DNA of 64,000 bases, taken from Eledone cirrhosa (taxonomy: Eukaryota). The position numbers and the translations under genes are program-made. The notes beneath the pieces are model-generated. The model saw only the letters and a list, made by a program, of their open reading frames with translations. It had not been told where the DNA came from and searched no databases. Of the stretch, positions 59,944 through 64,000 are shown piece after piece. The stretch is taken from assembly GCA_964016885.1 (NCBI GenBank), contig OZ024742.1:105152001-105216000 (forward strand). Direction: 5' to 3'. Position 1 is the first letter of the stretch; each line of letters opens with the position of its first letter.

Positions 59944-62899
59944 TACATGCCTTAACTAGAACATTAACAAATCTAAACCCATGCTATCCCAAACCCAAGT
60001 AAATGCAAATCATAATCCTATAATCAACTTTACCTACCATCATGTTCTTCAAAACCATACCCCAGCCCTCTGCTTCCAAATAACCAAGCTGCTTCAATTA
60101 GTTAAAGGGAGGGGTGACTGATTTTGTTAGGTTGCAACTATATATTATGTAGTTTTACCTAAAGAAGAATTAATTCCATGGATTGGTGATAGAATTCTAG
60201 CAACTTCAGCATCCATTATCCTTACCATTAAATTTGATCACTAGATTCTTGAACTCCTTCAAGTTGGCATGGGGATTTTATTCTGATTGGATCTGGTCAT
60301 TTCTGTGTACATTACGTATTTGTGAGAAAGATATTATCTTCACTTTAGCTATGTTAATAATGGTTTCTTATATAGGCACAAGGCCAGCTGTTAATAATGG
60401 AGCTCATCATGTTGATATTTTGACACAAAACATGTCACCATTGAACTATGTTACCACATGGAAAAGTTTAAAAGACAAAGAAACACAAAAACAAGTTTTT
60501 GTTTTTTTTCTCAAAACAAAATTTTAATTTGATAACATCAATCACAAAACACAAATTTCTTGGCAAAGTTTGTTAAAATGGGACCCAGCATTCACTTTGC
60601 TGTGAACATGCAAGAAAGACCTTGTTTGAAGGTCTTACTTGACACAATAAAGTTAGTGAAGATGAAATCGTACAAACTACTCAAGGAATATGCACAACTA
60701 GTGAATTGAAGGTCACTTTGGAAATCTTTTGTTTTCGTTTCATTTCATTTTGTAAAGCAACCAGATAAATTGTTTAATAATAAAAATAATAATGATAATA
60801 ATAATGATGTTAATAATAAAAATGATAACAGCTTGTGTAATCATGAAGATAAAAATAAGTGAAGAAAAAAAAAGAAAACACCAGAAAAAAATTTTAAAAA
60901 TAAATAGACTGGTTTTTGTTTTTGTTTCATTCACCAATTTCCATTTGAAAAAGAAAGAAAAAAAAAATCCCCAAAGGAGCTGATTTTTAGATTTAGACCA
61001 AGAAGGAAGTGGAGTTTGATCTCAGAATGTACAGAGTCGGATCAGATAACGCAAAACATCTTGTCTGACTTCTTTAACAATTCTGCCAATCCACCACTCC
61101 TAGACAGGAATTTTTCAAGGCTGAAAAGCAAAGTTGACCTCAGCGGGATTTGAATTCAGAGCGCAGTGAGCTGGGAGAAAATATATAAGCATTTAATTTC
61201 ATGCCGTAACGACTCAGCCAATGTGCCATCTTGGTTAAAATCAATCTGGTTTAGAAACAGTCTTATGCAAACTGAAACTAAACTGTAATCTAATCAAAGA
61301 GAAACTTTAAAATCAAACAATACCCCAAATTAATTATTATTCAACTACACTTACAAGATTTCACTTGTTTAATATTATGCAAAACTTCGATATTTGGAAA
61401 TAACTTCAAAGTTTAAAATTAACATTCTTTAATTCAATTAAGCCACACTGAGATAAAAGAATTTTTTAAACATTTTCTTTTAAATATGCAAGTAGATAAT
61501 TAACAATAATGATTTCAAATATAATTAAAACAGTAACTATAAATAAAGCCAAATTTAGTCATTTCCTTAAATTTCTCATATCCCCCACCAATCGAAACAC
61601 TCCATAATTATTATTTCCTGTGACCTTTTAAATCAAAGTCATTCAACAGATTTTGGAGCTTAGATATGGCACCAATTGTTGGATATTATTTAGTGAAACA
61701 ACAGCTGAAGATCTGACTAAGCACGACTAGTTTGAAATTCTTTTCATATGAAGATTAGTTTTTCAAATTTATGCTTGCTTTGGCTTTAGTATGACAATAA
61801 GGTAGTAAAGATAGTCAACAACAAGAGCAACAAAAAGACATACATACATCACGCACACTGTATTATTTTCGAGACAGTTCTTTCTCATATAAAACATTTT
61901 CAAACAATTCCACTGAGTAATACAACACCCTGCGTACTCAAAATTCTTTCGTTCGTTAGAGGTAAATTTTCAATATATGTTATCACAATATTGTTGCGCC
62001 TGAGATTTAACACCGAGAGCATACAGAAATTGGGGAGAGTGAATCGACGAGGAGCCCTCGATATATAGAAGCACCATGATGAATAATATTGCAGGTTATG
62101 TCTCTTTTTTTTTTTTTTTAAGTAATGAGAGAAAAGTGAACAAGGGAGAAAACTCTTGAACGAGCGTATAACTAGGTAAGAGTTATCACAGGACTGCTTC
62201 ATACGTATTTTAAAGAACTCTGAACAAAAGAAAGAAAATGGTGCTGCAGTAGTGAAGATACACAGAATAGTAATGAGTAATGCTCGGAATGGACAGGTAG
62301 CTGTGGGTTGGGGGAGGGGGGATTTTAAAGGGAGTACAATAAGTATTCATTGATTGAAGAGAATACACAATATTGCCTGAAAATGAAAACATTAGCACCA
62401 ACAACACAAAAATAACATTAAGAAATCACTTTAGGAATACATAAAAGTAGATGCCTAAAGTGAATGACTATCAAGAGCAAAAAAAAGAGTAAGATATTTT
62501 TAAAATTACATTTTAAGACAAGATGAAAAATAAAAATGATCTTTTCTCTTCTCTTCATGCTTTGAAGTTCATAAATGGTGTTATAATTATCATATATAAA
62601 ATTGTTCATTCAGTAATAAGGGTTTTCACAAAAGGTAGGAAGAAAAAGTTTCTGTCAGTAATATACTGAAATTATGCAAGTCCTAAGCCAGGAATAGTTT
62701 GATTTAGTCCTATAATCATTATTAAATTTATCATCACCATCATCGTTGTTGCCATTGCTACACAAACAATTTTATCTGATATAAACTATTCCAACACTCC
62801 TTGAACTGCATCAGTTACATCACAAAGTTTCTTTGGCATATTCTTAAAAAGAAAAAAGGAGTTGTATCAAAGTAACACTGAGGTTATATCAAACAGTAA

Positions 62900-63750
62900 C
62901 AGTAATGATTTCTAATTTAGGCACAAAGTCAACAATTTGTGGGAAGGGGGAAAATTGATTACATCGATCTCAGTACATGACTGGACCTTTATTTTATCAA
63001 CGGAAGAAAGGTAATGTTCACCTCAGCAGGATTTTATCTCAGAATGTAAAGAGCTATAAAGTAACAATAATAATGGTTTCTGATTTAGGCACAAGGCCAA
63101 CAATTGTTTTTGGTGAGGGGGGTGGGGGTGATTAAATCAACCCCAGTGTGTTACTGGTACTTTATTTTATCAACCCCTTAAGGATGAAAGGCAAAGCTAA
63201 CCTTGGCAGGATTTGAACTCAGAATGTAAAAAGACAATGTAACTATGCTGCAAAGCATGTAGTTTAATACTCTACCGATACTGCCAATGTACTGCCATTC
63301 AGTAACAATAATTGTTTCTACTTTTGGCACAAAGCCAGCAATTATCCCAGTGCATTACTGGTACTTTATTTTATCAACCCCGTAAGGATGAAAGGCAAAG
63401 TTAACCTCAGAGTGATTTGAACTCAGACCATAACTATGCTGTAAAGCATGGCGTCCGACCCTCTACTGATACTGCCAATTTGTTTTTTAACATAGGCAAA
63501 ATGCCAGAAATTTGAGAGGATTAGTTGAATACAGTACTTGACTGTTACTTTATTCTATCAACCCTAAAAAATAAAAATCTTGGTGTGATTAAAAATGGTT
63601 TATAATTTAGGCACAAGGTCAGTAATTATAGTGGGAGGGGAAATCAACTAAATTGACCCAATACTTGACTGGACATATTTTATCAACCTCTGGAGGATGA
63701 AAGGCAAAGTTGGGCTCAGCAGTATTTGAATGCAGAATGGAAAGAGCAAG
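62900..63750 (-). mobile_element. Head-to-tail cluster of ~5 tRNA-SINE copies
   Basis: Repeated tttaggcacaagg tail and core blocks. Confidence 0.85.
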
Positions 63751-64000
63751 AACTATTTCTGTATATATATATATATATATGCATATATTATTAGCACAGA
63801 TTAAAAGTTTAAGCAAACAATTTCTGCTTTCTCCCTTTTCCATGATCCTCTGAAACTAAGATATATATATATTTCAAAAAATTACAAGTAAATATTGCAT
63901 TTACATATAGAATGAAATAACGGCATCACATGATAATGTTTGATAGAATTACAGCTATGACTTCGCAGATAGACTAAAAACGGTGTAATCATGTACACTG

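Noticed and set aside
61900-62202. LRR-like peptide LSVLNLRRNNIV..IENLP on the minus strand
   Set aside because: Single repeat, no convincing in-frame exon boundaries or neighbouring LRR exons; likely chance.

Overview
AT-rich animal DNA made almost entirely of transposable-element debris and (TA)n/(CA)n/(CT)n/(CAT)n microsatellites. The SINE/RTE/microsatellite mix resembles an octopus (coleoid cephalopod) genome; this is an inference, not verified. I find no supportable host protein-coding gene, and most listed ORFs are microsatellite or antisense artefacts. The one clear cellular gene is an intron-containing tRNA-Ile(UAU) at 51406-51514. Mobile elements: four mariner relics (one very HsMar2-like); a near-complete 3.5-kb Tip100/Zaphod-type hAT nested inside an older hAT transposase; a KIAA1586-like hAT relic; several MITEs; two RTE LINE families (one with a PHD-type zinc finger inside its RT); CR1, CRE-like and R4/Dong-like LINE fragments; Penelope-like termini carrying minimal hammerhead-ribozyme motifs; and abundant tRNA-derived SINEs with swapped tails. 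Best leads: the PHD-in-RT RTE family, the hammerhead/inverted-repeat Penelope termini, the hairpin tRNA intron, an unclassified GG-ended MITE with a 5-bp TSD, and several near-perfect palindromes. All alignments and family names come from reading by eye and recall; no searches were run.
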